A model generated the notes under the pieces. That model was given only the letters and a program-made list of their open reading frames with translations. It was not told where the DNA came from and did not search any database. Of a DNA stretch of 64,000 nucleotides, positions 37,949 to 51,288 are shown piece by piece. The translations under genes were made by a program, and so were the position numbers. Source of the stretch: Podarcis pityusensis (lineage: Eukaryota); assembly GCA_964106645.2 (NCBI GenBank), contig OZ067038.1, one strand, 5' to 3'. The number at the start of each line of letters is the position of its first letter. Position 1 is the stretch's first letter.

Positions 37949-40900
37949 AACAACCCTTAGCAAGTAGAATTAAAAGGGTATGGGCAGGGGATGAAATTTT
38001 GAGTTCACTGGTAGGAATTTGTGAGAACTTGAGTGGGATTTCCCCTGCACTTTTTTTGCTAAAAAATGCCTTGCACTAATGTTCTTAAGGATTTCAGAAA
38101 CCCAATACCTTTTTTATATATATATATAATGAGCCTTCCTGGCTCATTTTTTAACCACTGCCTCTGCCTCTGCAGCTTTCTAACAGAGCTTTATTCCGCA
38201 GCTGTGTCAATGACCTGCGAGAGAAGGGGGTAAGCCACACCAAAGTCTGCTACCTTCCCAATAAGCAATAACAACCATTGACTTCTACCAGGATCAATTG
38301 GAATAATGACAACACCCCCCCCCCGTGTAAATCAACCAGGCTTCATTAATTTTCATGCCCGTCAGAGAAAATTAACTGCCCTAATCGCATTGCACATTTG
38401 CCAGTGCAAAATGAAGAAAGCATTGACTGCTATGTCCTGAGGCTATTCCATTCTACTGGACAGCTTAGACATTACGGGACTGAGTATGCAATTAAGATTT
38501 CTTTTTATTAACCAGTTTTTACATTACGTTCAACAGCCCCTTTGCACAATTAAATGTCCCGTTTAACAAGCATGATAAAATTCTCATTAGCCTCTATTAT
38601 AGGCTTTTGTAGAATCTTCCTGCTTTGCTAGAACACCAATGTAATCTAATTAACTCCACCACTTAAAATGTTTCTTCCCACCTCTTGTTCACTCCCCTCT
38701 CCACTGCCACCAATTTCCTTGATGTTCATTAGGCCTCTTGTGGAAAACAAATCCACAGAATGCACAATGAATGCCATTTATCCTATAAAATACTAGGGAA
38801 AGGAGGCCTTGCAGAGGTCAAACATGGTAGCTAATTTCTGCAGAAGCATGATAAGATGGAATCATAGAAAGATAAGTGTTATCACAAGACAAGACAGCAA
38901 CAGACAAAGGAATTAGGCTGTTGGCTGCTCCCCCCGAAAAGCATCCAAAACAGCAAAATGTTAGCTATATACTTGGAAAGATTTAATGATAAACAGAGGG
39001 TCAAATGTGCTTCTTTGAAGATGAACTTTCTGGGCAGGATGGACTGAGGGCCAAACTTAATGTGTTATTAATTAAATGTGCAACAACAATTCATGTGATT
39101 AATGTGCTTTTTTGGTTACATAAATAACAATGGGGGATGCTGAACAGGCTTAAGAACATATGGGGGTGGACAGATGGTGAATTTAATTATTTCTCCCCTT
39201 GCCATGATGAAAAAAATATGCCTCTCTGGTGTGGCTAGTTATATTTCAGTAGAAGCTTTTGTTGGTACCAATAGTTGAAATTCACTGGGTGGGTGGACTG
39301 TCCATTGATTAAATACTGTGATTCCACAAAGGCAAGTACAGCACACTAATGGGAGGAGTGGTGGATGTTGTGCTGATTTGGTCATCCGTTTGATGTGGGT
39401 ATAATGGAAGCTTCTCCATCTGTGAACACAGTCCCATCTACTCTACATCCAGTGCATTCATTCCACTGGTTTGGGAAGCGGTGAGCAAGCATTGCTAACC
39501 ACAGTCCATATCATGAATCTATCCTGTAGTTTATTATGAGATACTGTGTTCTGAGGTGCTTCCTCCCAATCCAGCTTTGATCCAAATTGAGAACAAGAAT
39601 GATCTAGGTGTGTGAAAGGTGGTGGTGTATGCACAGCCTCCATTGCTATTGGGGAGATGGGATTATTTTTGCCCACCTCACCATAAGACAGAAAGAAGAG
39701 TCCTGATAGATTAGACCAAGGATCCATCTTGTGTGGCATGCAATTTCTCTCAGTGGCTAGCCAGTGTATGAAACAGCTGTATTATGCTCATGCCCTCCAG
39801 TGGTGGCCATTCACAGATATATTGACTTTGAACATAGAGGTTCCATGTGGCTATAATTTCCAATGGCTGTTGATAGACCTGTCCTCCATTAATTCATCTA
39901 ATGTCCCTCTGAAGCCCTCTAAGGCCATAACCACCCCCATATCTTGTGCCATTGAAACACAAACAGAGATGACATAACCTCTTGGAGCAGAAAGTTCCAC
40001 ATAAATATCACCATCACAAAGAACTCTCACTCTTTGCCACCAGCTCTGCTTCAGAAGGAAGTGGCTGTCAAACGTGGAGAGTCTTCTCCCCCTCCAGGCA
40101 ATAATAACAAGCAGTTTGTATTTTATAGTCCTTTTTATTCAGTCATCTTGTTGCAAGACAACAATCCATGTCTCCACACAAAGAAATACATTGGCAACTC
40201 TGAGCCCTGCCTCTTCCACTCCCAACAACATCCTGAGTGCCAATGGGAAGTCCCAGGAGTCCCACCCCTCTGCCTCCTCTGTTCTAGGATGCGGAGGGAC
40301 TGACGGGCCTGTGGAGACGGAGGATCCCCCATACTTTCCAGGGAGGTCTCTGCCGTCTATGCTATCATACCTTTCTCCTCCACTATCTCATAACTAGGCA
40401 ATTCCTCCTCAAATGGTATAGCATCTCTCTCCCTCTCCTCCTGAAACTGCTGGAGACAAGTGAGGCAAAACACCCCCCCTTCAGAGAGAAGCTGATTAGA
40501 CTGAGTGCACACTTACCAGTCTTCCTGTTCCGGCCATTCCCTGATGGCAGCCAATGGAAGAGACACCCAAGTGTGTCAGTCAATACCTATCTAAGTTGTT
40601 TCTTTGCCTGAAATCCAAATAATGCCCCCCTAGCACTACAAAAAGTCACCAGTTCTTGCCATCACCTGTACCCTCTGCCCCCCAATGTTGCTTCCTGAAG
40701 CAGGTTACATCAGGTATGCCCATGAGCCTGATACCAAAGTTAACAATGTCTAAGAAGGTTGCATAACTGGCTACGTGCAAATGTGAGTGTGTTTTTAAAT
40801 TGAGATTGCTTTCAAAGAACTATTCAGTGGACGATCTCCATGCTAACAGCATAGAAGAAAGAAGAAAAGACCGTGAAGGAATTCTTCACGGTGACAAGAA

Positions 40901-41732
40901 GACAGTATATGAGAAAATGAAACCTTATGCAGGTGTGTGATTAGGAAGATGCTGTCCTAGTGGTAAGGAAGGCATGTGGAGCCTTCCTTGACAGGAGGAT
41001 GGAAAAGGCACTGTTACCTGAGCAGCCCAGCCAGTGCCCTGACATTGGGGATTAAAGGTTGTTTTATCATTGGCTTCAGGGAGATGATCCTGCTGTTGAA
41101 CCCCTTTGCAAACCTTCCAGTGTTCTATTGTAAGCCACCCTTTAACCATGATGGAAGAATCAGAAGGAGAAGGATGCCCAAAAGACTCTGAAATCCAAAT
41201 GAGCCAGGTGGAGGACAGATTTTCTAAAATAACCCCCCTCCATTCTATATAGAATAGAAAGAAAAGAAAAATGAGAAAAAAGCCTACAGAGGAAGCTCTC
41301 AATTGCCTAGATTCGCCTCTCGCCTTTTCTCGGACCTGACTCCGGTGGATGCAAAGAAATCTGTGGTGCTACAATTCAAAATGACTTCCCTATCTCTGGG
41401 CCAAGAAGGCATGCTCAGGGACCTTTCATAAGGACATTTCTCACGCTCCATTTTTTTTGTTAACCTCTTCCCTTCCCACCTCACAAACATTGCCCTTTTT
41501 TAGCACAATCCTTCATATGTCACAATCTTGCCACCCCACATCTCCATGATGTACAACATACTTTATAAATGCCCTATCATCCACAAAGTACAGTAATCCA
41601 TTGTCTTTTATAGAAAGACAGGAAAAGAAAAATCCAAAATCCATAGGAGGGCAATACTTTTATTAGAGCCCGTCAAAATGTCACAGAATTGTGAACTCAT
41701 TTTTTTGTGGCATTTTGGTTACTCCTTAACAT

Positions 41733-42102
41733 TAAGGATGGACAAATCTGTCAGTTTAAAGTTTTCTTTGTTTTCCCACATTTCCTTATCAGTTTCCAAC
41801 TTTAAAAGAAACATACTTATGAAATTTCATCAGCAGTAGTGTGTGTTGCTTTTAGTATACACAGTTTTGGAGGTAAATTTCCCTAATCAAATGCATTTTA
41901 AAAAAAATAATATATGCATTTTTTTGCACCCTGTTCCCTAATACACACTTTTTGCTGCTGTTGGAGAAGTGTATCACAAAATTGAGGGGGGGAGTGTTAT
42001 CTTTGGGGGACAGCTGTATTTTGTCTTCATTGTTTTGGTGAATGCAAATTAGGTAGATTTGAAGTAAAATTCAAACCAAACTAGGTTTCTCCCTCATCCC
42101 TA
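41733..42102. mobile_element. Old TAGGGATG-ended DNA-transposon-like repeat
   Basis: TAAGGATGG...CATCCCTA termini; related decayed copies at ~14470-14750 and ~26310-26720. Confidence 0.5.
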
Positions 42103-42953
42103 GCCCTAATACAGTTAGGATAAAATTAGCACCTTGAATCCTTCTCCAAATACAGTCGGAAACTAGTGCTGATGCTCACATCCCATATCAATCAGCCCAG
42201 GCTCTAAGATAATTACCAGTGGTCTCTCTGTTGATGATCATATCTAAGAGAGAAGGGAGGGCCTTCTCAGTAGAGGTGCACCACTTATGAAATGTTGCTG
42301 TCCTTGGTGCTAACGCACCAGGCAAAAACATTTATTTATTATTCATTTGGTACATTTATACCCAACATTTCTCCCTCGAGGGGACTCAGTATGACATATG
42401 ATGCTCCCATCTGCCTCTCCCACCCAAGCTAGGCTACATCAGACTTGGTTAGCTTTAGCAAGGTGGTAGCATCAGGATCTAAATATCCAGGTTTAAATGG
42501 AAATTATTTAGCAATTTGTAACCCATTTTATAGTTCATCTGCTGCTTTTATCCTTGTTTTTGTGTTTTATTGTATTGGTTTTATGTGGAACACTGCTCCA
42601 CAATCTAATATTCAAGCCAAATAAATGCTGAAGCATCAGTGGAATGTCTTCTTGCATTTTTGATTGGAGACACATGGTTATTTATTTCATACCACTAGAT
42701 TCATAATAAAAAACCCTCAAGTGGGTTTATAAAAGCAATAAAGCAATAAAATTATTAGTAAAAGGAGTTAAAACAGTAGAAAAAAACTATAAACTGAAGA
42801 CGCACCAGTATTCTAGATATCTGGATTTGCTTGTCTAAACAAAAATGTTTTTAGCAGGCACAGAAAAGAGCACAGTGAAGGGGTCTTCCTGATATCAATA
42901 GGCAGGAAGTTCCAAAGTGTAGCGATGCCACACTAAATATCAATATTAAACAT

Positions 42954-43532
42954 ATGGACGTGTAAAAGGTTAAAAGAGTATTGGGAAATGATCCATAACG
43001 AATTGAAAAAAATGTTTAAAAGTACTTTACCAAAAAACCCAGAGTCCTTTCTGTTGAGCATAATTCAGACTGAAATTCCCAGTTGTTAAAAAAGTTTATT
43101 TATGTATGTTACTACTGTGGCCTGTGTTTTGTTAGCCCCAAAATGGAAAATGAGCGAGGTCCCAACCAAAGAAGAATGTCAACTTAAGTTTGATGGAATA
43201 TGCACCACTTGCAGACTTAACATATTGAATAAGAGAACAAGAAGAACATATGTTTAAAGAAGATTGGAAAACGTTTATTGAATACATGGGAGATAATTGT
43301 GTACAGCTGAAAACACTGGCAGCATTAAGATAAATTCAACTGTGTAAATAAGTTTTGATGGCTGCAATAATGGAATACTGATTGGTATACTTTTCGTAAA
43401 ATATGCAGGGATTTATGATATGTAAAATGAACCATGGAAAGAGAAGAAGGGAAGTCTTTGATATCTTAAGGATGTAAAATGAGTATTTTAAATTGTAAAA
43501 CAGAAAATTTAATTAAAATTATATATAAAAAA
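42954..43532 (+). mobile_element. L1 LINE 3' fragment
   Basis: WTCKR..YWEMIHNELKK..KNPESFLL ORF2 C-terminus, A-rich tail; 15-bp TSD ATCAATATTAAACAT (42939-42953) / ATCAGTATTAAACAT (43533-43547). Confidence 0.9.
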
Positions 43533-43831
43533 ATCAGTATTAAACATTGGTTTCCATCTATCCCTTTCTTGTCATACTGAGATTCTGTCATTAATTACAT
43601 CATCATCTGTATGTCCTTCCACAGGTCAGGAAGATTATTTCAACTTCTGTGGAGGAATTGTTTGATGAAGGCTGTTGGCAGAAATGTATTTTAATGCTGG
43701 TTTTCACAAAAGTGCATGAAATGAGGTGATTTATTTCCCCTTTGATAGGCATGAAGTACTCAGAATGCAAAAAGAGAAGAGCCCAACATTTTCTCCCAAC
43801 TAACTTTAACCCCTCTGAAATATATCTCCAT

Positions 43832-43966
43832 CAGTGCTATTCTTCTAGAAAAAGAGGTGTTGGAACTCACCATGAACATCTCCCTTGTTCTCTTATGATG
43901 GCAATGGTGCCCACCTGAGAGGTGCCAGGACTCAGTTCCAGTGAGTTCCCACCGAAAAAAGCCCTG
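43832..43966. mobile_element. hAT (Ac-type TSD) MITE
   Basis: CAGTGCTATT / AAAAGCCCTG termini; perfect TSD ATCTCCAT; second copy at 51116-51241. Confidence 0.88.
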
Positions 43967-44861
43967 ATCTCCATTGGCATGAAGATTAAAAGTGGTATTC
44001 AATGTTAGTTCTATGCAGAGTGGACCTGCTGAAGTTAATACACATGTCTAACTTAGGGCCATCCAAGCAGGTGAGGGCTGTGTGATAACAATGTTACACT
44101 TCTATGTATATAGGACGATACACACAATTCCTGGTTCACTTCTTTCACTCCCCCATCTTTGGTCTGCTAGGTCAGTTTGGGTGGAGCCTTTGCTTCCTTC
44201 ACACCTGTTTCCTGCTATACTATCTCTGTTGCAGAGGGTCATAATCATAGGGAAGCTGGGAAAGTACTGCAGACAGATAGAATAAGTGAATAGCTGGTAG
44301 ACTGCCTGACTGGAATCCTGAGACAGTGAATATTGGTTGCCTGTTCTATCTCTTTGATACAGAATAATAAGATTACAAGTTAATCCATCCCCAAATACAG
44401 TTCTATTATTTGCCATGGCAGTTCCCCCCTCCCTGTTTGGTTGCAATGGTAATTTAAGCTGTCTCCATTCCCAAGCTTCTTTTGCTTAGTCAGTCAACAC
44501 TGTTGCATACTGCAAAACAACCTGACACATATGAGTGACACATAACTGCTTATGTTATGCACACATGCCGTGCCATTCGGTATCACTGAACACCGTGTCA
44601 GGCTGCAGTTTGACAACCCCAAAGTTGCAAGTGAGTTTGTGTGTGTGTGTTTTGAAATTAGTGCTATACAAAACAGAGAGTTTTAATTTTGCCAGAGTGT
44701 GCTGGGAGAAAATCCAAATCTTTGTTCCAATATCAGATGGCACCGAACAGTGCACTGCCAGAACATAATTAAAAAAGAAGAGATTGATGGCAATTAGGTG
44801 TGAGGAAGAAGCCCCCTCCTGGGTTTGTAAGGGGCAGATCAGCTGCAGAGAAAGAGGATTA

Positions 44862-44863
<2 letters not shown>

Positions 44864-44910
<47 letters not shown>
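44864..44910. repeat. (CT)n microsatellite
   Basis: Directly visible. Confidence 0.95.
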
Positions 44911-44913
<3 letters not shown>

Positions 44914-47900
44914 TGTGTGTTTACAAAATTTCCTTCAAGTAAGAGGGAACAGATTTTTTTAAACTCCTTGCAAATGGCGATAGCTGATATCCCTGGAATG
45001 ATGGCTACATCATTAATAAGCAGTGCTATCGCTTCATCATGACCACAGTTTACTCAGCGTATAGTGGGTTATCCATCACTTGAAGACAGACATTGTAGCA
45101 TTATGAAAGATCTGCAGCTATTCGTTGAGAGATCAGTGAAGCAGGAAACAATTGACATTCCGAATTTCATAAATTAAGCAACCCAGAGATGATAATGGAT
45201 TTTCTGTGTGAAGCCAATAGAGGGAAATCTTGAATGGCAAATGACAAGTTGGACTCACAGTGCCATCCTAAGCATGTCTACTCAGAAGTAAGTTTTATTG
45301 ACTTTGGTGTGGCTTACACCTATGAAAGTTGGGTTACGATTGGAGCCTCAGAGTTGTGGTAAGGTAAAGGAAAAAAGTTGTGGTACTACAATGTGTGCTA
45401 TATGATGAGGCAGGATTTTAGAATTTTGTGGCAAAACATATAGGGCAAATACTGCACCTCTTTTAAGAAGCTGAACCCAGCCAGTTTCCCATACCTCATT
45501 GCTGTCAGGGTCTGACTCCTCCTCCTTTACATTCCTGCTGTTTGATCACTATGGCTGGCTATGGCCTACTCACCTCTTCTAATAAGCAACCCCCACATCA
45601 TCTGGTGCTGGATTCTGCTTATTAGAGGGTGGCACAGGAAGGCCCAATTCCATCCCCACCCCAGGAAGGGGAAGCCAAAAAGCTGCAGCTGTGAGGGTGG
45701 AGACAGGACATTAACCTCCAGGTTGGCTTCTTTTTTGGTGGTAGTGGCAGCAGTGGAGATCAAGGGGAGAGTCTTTTGCCTCTTCATCATTGTTGGGATT
45801 TCAACTCCACATTCACTGAGAATTTGGGGGCAAAGAGACCAACATGGGATAATCAACAGGTGGAAGAGAAGAGTGCTTGATCCATTTACTACCTGCTGTC
45901 CCGCCCTCCCCTTGGCAAGCTCCACCACCCGACGCTGCCTCTTCCTCAAACCAGTCTTTTGATTTGGGATCCAACCTGGTAAGAGAGATCAGGTGTAGGC
46001 ATTTGCCAGAGGTGGATTTGTGACTGGTTCACACTGGGTGCTGAGCTGAGAGGCTGCCACAGAGGGCACTGCAACAACACCGAACAACGGAAGGCAAGAG
46101 GCGGGGAGGACACTGAATGTTGGCATCACACAGTGTGCCACTTAAAATTTTAAAGCCCAAAGTCCGTCACTGCAATTCCAGTGGGAATTGCTGGGGGAAT
46201 GACTAAGCCCATAAAATCTGTGCTTTAAATGTCCCCCGCCTCGTCATTAAGGCTTTTCAGGAAGTTTTATTGGTTTGGAAAACTCCTTTTGTGTTGCTCG
46301 TAACATCTGCTTCAGTCCCTGTCCATGAAACTCAATGTGGGGCATTGACTCAACTTATCTCAGCTTGTGATGAGAATAAAATATGTATGCCCATGAAACA
46401 CCCATGTGAGAAATAACAATGAAGGATCCTTATACATTCCAAATAATACGCCCCCCCCCTGCAAATATGGTTGCTTATTATGACTTCGTAGACTAACCAT
46501 AGCTTAGTGGCAAAGCTCATGGCATCTTCAGTTAAAAGGATGATCAGGTAGCAGGTGATGGAAAGGATTTTACCCTGGGACTCTGGAGATCTATTGCCAC
46601 TCAGAGAATGCCATGCTCCATGGTCAAATAATCTAACTTGGCACAAGGCTGCTTCATACGTGTTTTTGATGCTTGAACATAGTTTCCACCTCTATGTGCT
46701 CACCCACTGTGACTTATGTAGCACCACACAACTTGACAATAGCTCAAGTTTCTTTGCAAACAATCTACAGCCTATTGCCCTGAAGGCTCTGGTATGGCAA
46801 GCGTGTGTTTCTTGACTTAGCACTAGGGGATGTCAGCTTGGACAAGAGCCAGCAGGAGATCTGCAGTGTTGCTCGCCCCCTGCTCCGCAACATTTTGGCA
46901 GATGGAAGTAGATGGGGAAGAGGCTCTCAGAAATGAAACCACAGCTGCACATCCTGATGGTGACTGCCCTCGGGGATTTCTCATTTATTCTGTGCTGGCT
47001 GAGTTTGCAAAAACAAAACACAAACCCTGCATCTGTGCTGTGGCAAAAGGGAGCGAAATAACTGGATTTGCAGCCTGAAGAAGACCCATACATCCAAGCA
47101 GCTCTGTGCAAAGCCAGCACCTGCTGTGAGACGTTGATGTATTGAGACTCTGAGCCTGATGTCATGAGGGCTCATGTGAAACACATCTAAATCTTTTCCT
47201 ACCTCTCAGGACCATCTGGAAAACCTCTTGATGCATTATCGGATCTCATTCACAACTTACTGTGTTATGCATGGCTGCCAAATGTTTGAGAACAGTGGTA
47301 GGAAGGGATTTGGACATCTCTTAAATACAACATTCAAGCTTTGCATGATGGTTCCTGAGATCAAGGAGCAGGTTTTCATCTATGTTCAGATATGACTGGA
47401 TGCCATTTTGAATCTACCATCTTAATTCGATCTACTGACTTAACCTTTCAAAGCTGCATTGATTTTAACCACCAGTGTAAGAACTATACTGTTTTTTTTG
47501 TTTTGTTTCTTAGTGTTCCTGAGGAATGCAAGGTACAAGACTGCTTCATACTTTTGTGTGCCTATATAATATCTGGTGGTATCCAGTGCAGTTGTCTCAT
47601 TCATGCAAGGGTTTCTGCTTGTGCAACAGGAATTCCCTTCCCCCTCCTCTCCTTGTGCACCCCCTTGAAAAAAGGGTTTATACCCACCAAACAGGGAAAC
47701 GGATAGGGATAGGGGGGAACCTCCATTGTGCAAGCAGAAGCCCTTGCACAAACAGAATGGCTTTGTTGCACACAACTCCATGTCTTAAAATGTTATTTCT
47801 CTTTTGCAAACGTTTTAGGATCAGTTTCAGTCACATGAGAAAGATCCCTCCACTCATGAGGATTAGAAAATAATGAAATATTGCATTATGCTGGTGAGGT

Positions 47901-49476
47901 GCTTTGAACAATTTAAGTGCACTACGTATTTCTATCTGTTAAGTAATAGTTACTTACTTACTGGATTTAGATGCCACTTTTCTTTCATGAAGCTCAAGGG
48001 TACAAGCTTGGGGGTTCTCAGATGATCTCCATTCCAGGTAACAACCAGACCCTGAGCTGCTTCGATTCAGGAAGGGGCAGTGCTGGACACACCATTACAT
48101 TTTGCTGTGTGAAGTGCAGCCCAAATGGCAACACCCTCTTTGATAGGACCCAGCCTGAAGTGCTGCTGCGCAGACAACCATTCCTATCTCCACCCATTCC
48201 ACCCTCATGGCACTGCCTGCAGTAGGGTTACCTTACCCTGTTGCATGGCAAAGCTGGTACTGGTAATATGACTGCATCATGTGCCAGTTGGCTGAAGAGG
48301 AACACCAGAAGCATGTGCAAAACCTACAGCACAAAGAGTTGATGGGTGGGTGAGATTAGTTTATGCAAATTCATTTTAAATCTGCAGGTTCAGAGATGGT
48401 GGAGGAGACATCTCACATTGGTCTGAAACTGTGACTGTGCCGATTGTCACCAGTGAAAGTTTTCCTACACTAGTCTGAAAACTCAGTCGTCTTTGCATTA
48501 CCTGCCTCCACTTCAGGCAGCTGAAAACCAAAATAATCATTGCAGACTGAGAGAAACAGCAGATTTATGGAAAACTCTTAAGTCTTTCTAGCTCTGAAGA
48601 AGATGGGTACATTTCTGATTGGAATATGCATGGTGTGACAGGAGCAAAGGCAAACTTCTAGCCTCACACACTTTCCACACAGCTGCTTCTCAGCAGCATT
48701 ATTATCCAACCCCTTAACACTCTCCAGTGTGAAAGGATGGGGGAAACTGTCAATCAACAAAAGAGATTCTCCTGGGGGAGCAAATAAGGGGCAATTTTCT
48801 TGCCTCTGCTGTTTTAATTGAATGCCAGGGCCAGAATCCTCACTGTGCATTGTTTAGGGATTGCTGATGGGTTGAGTGGAAAGACTTGGAGCAAAGTGCA
48901 GAGTTCAAAAAACTGAAAGCATGAAGAAAAGTGAATCTTCCCAGAAAAGTCTATTATTTAAGGAGGTGTGCTGGGGGGGAGCACCAATTCACACCTGCAG
49001 CTCGAGTAGTCACTTATGCCCTTCCAAAAAAAGGGGGGAAACCCACATCACCAAAGAAAGAAAGAAAAAGAAAAGAAAATATATACATATACATACACTA
49101 ATTAACATGTAGGTGCTAACAGTAGATGGCCAACTTTAAGACCCCCTCCGGCTCTCCCTTCTTAGGGTTCCTAAGAACTGGACTGGGCAGCCCTTTAGAT
49201 ACATGACTGGCCTCTGAGAGCCCTTCAAACTGTCCTTTATGAAAGAGGATGCATGACTACCATACCTGGGACTTTTGCTTTGCTCTTTGCACTTTAATAG
49301 AATGCCTTCTTAAACTTCAGCTGCATAAGGGAAATATTTATCACTGCTCATCTGTAGCCTGGTAAGGGCTTGCTATTCATACATCATGGTAACTTGAAGA
49401 TGGCTCCTTGCTTAGAAGGAAGCAGGATCTTTATTAGTACCTTAAATCACAGGATTCCTGCATTTTGTATTAAAAC

Positions 49477-49646
49477 CAGTGCTTTTTCTGGGGGTACATG
49501 GGTATGCATATCCCTAAAAATTTTGTGAATCTTTGTACTTTTGTCCATTTACTGTATTTATTTTCCCCAATTTGAACTATAAAATAATGATTTTCTTGAG
49601 TCAAAATAAGAGTACCCCTAAACATTTTTAATAGAAAAAATCACTG
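49477..49646. mobile_element. hAT (Ac-type TSD) MITE
   Basis: TIR CAGTGCTTTTTTCT / AGAAAAAATCACTG; perfect TSD ATTAAAAC. Confidence 0.9.
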
Positions 49647-49771
49647 ATTAAAACCAAAACTCTGCATATTGGTACCTGACCACCCAGCCCACTTTCCTCT
49701 TAAAATGGCTTCTACCTGTCATGGATTGGCTGAGTCAGGATGCTGCTGAGGCTGGTTTGCAGAAGACAGTA

Positions 49772-49935
49772 AGACTTCCATGAGAGGTAGTGGACGCCTT
49801 CCTTCCTTCTTTGGATGTTTTTAAGCAGAGGTTGGATAGCCACCTATCATGCATGATTTAGTTGAGTTTCCTGCATTGCAGGCAGTTGCACTTGATGGCC
49901 CTCAAGGTTCCTTCCAACTCTACAATTCTATGTTT
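49772..49935 (+). mobile_element. CR1 LINE 3' end fragment
   Basis: TTTTAAGCAGAGGTTGGATAGCC..CCTGCATTGCAG..CCTTCCAACTCTACAATTCTATG. Confidence 0.8.
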
Positions 49936-51115
49936 ATATGACCCCAGGGAGTGATGCTGAGGATCCTGGAGTGGGTCCAAATGTGTGCAAGATTTCCTTC
50001 GACCTGCTTTTTCACCCTGCTGGTTGCTGTGATGAGAGTCATGGGCCTCACCTTCCTCTCCACAGCTGCCAGAGTCCATTGACCCCAATTTTTTCTATTA
50101 TGGTCTTCCTTGATGTTCTCCAGATGATTGGACTACAATTCCCATCATCCCCAAACATGAACTATACTGGCTAGGACTAATGGGAGCTGTAGGGTCCCAG
50201 GTTGAGGGAAGGTTGCATTGCATATAAATCAATGTAAGCTTTACTTTATCCAGATTAGAGATGGTCAACAATGGTATTTTCAATTTCTCAGGACTGTTAT
50301 AGTCTACAAAGTGTGGCCCACAAGCTTCACAGCCTTACAAGCAAAGCTCTGTGCAAAATTTTATTGCGCCTTGATTAATATTTGCCCTTGGGGCCAGATC
50401 CAGCTCATGGATTATCAGTTCGCTATCCCTTCTCCAGATCACAGTCCACCTGTCCCTCTCTCTGGATTAGAGGTTGTTCTGCAAATTTTCTGATTCAGCC
50501 AAGCTTTCAGACTCTAGATGGCAGAATTACAGCTTCTTTGTCCTCTCGATTCTCTGTCATCTAGTTCAGACAGATAGGTGGACAATGTGGTTTTTTTTTA
50601 TTAAAAAAGTAAGGATGAAATAGGGGTGGTGGAAGGAATAGTGTTTTCATTTTGGAAGCTGGTGAGTTTCATCTATTATGTTCCTTGACTCCCCAAACAC
50701 TCTGGTCTGTCTGTGTTAGTTTACAGACTAAAGAAAGACATTCTGCGTTGAGCTCAATTGTTTGCTGCCAGTGCCCATTTTTCTCTCATGCTGATGCTCC
50801 AACTAGCTGCTTCAGTTTAATTATAGCATAATTGGACAGCAGAGAAAGGAGTTCATTGTTGATGCTTCTTTAAGGGATAAAGAATTAAAGATACCCCCCC
50901 TTCTTCCTCTATCCCAATGAATGGTACTTGATGCTGCAGGGACTTTAATTGGCCTGTTAAAATCAACAATACTAGAGCTTGTTCGAACTGTCCCCAGCAA
51001 TCCTTTATTCTTCATTGTCCATAATTTAGCCATTCTTTCCTTTCTCTTGTTTCTTTCCCCAATCACTGTGCTGCTTTTGCTATGACCAAAGAATAAGAGG
51101 GAAATGGAATAACAC

Positions 51116-51241
51116 TAGTGCTATTTTTCTAGAAAATGAGGTGCCGGAACTCACCTTGAACACCTCCCTCATTCTCTTAGAATGGCAATGGTGCCCACCT
51201 GAGTGGTGTCGGAACTGAGTTCTGGGTGAAAAAAAGCTCTG
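51116..51241. mobile_element. hAT MITE, same family as 43832-43966
   Basis: Shared body (TCTAGAAAA.GAGGTG..GGAACTCACC..ATGGCAATGGTGCCCACCTGAG); TSD 6/8 match. Confidence 0.8.
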
Positions 51242-51253
51242 AAGAGCACATAT

Positions 51254-51288
<35 letters not shown>

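Noticed and set aside
40513-40625. Minus-strand exon with TTTCAG acceptor and GTAAGT donor
   Set aside because: Stop codons in all three frames; no support for a coding exon, and a non-coding exon cannot be judged from sequence
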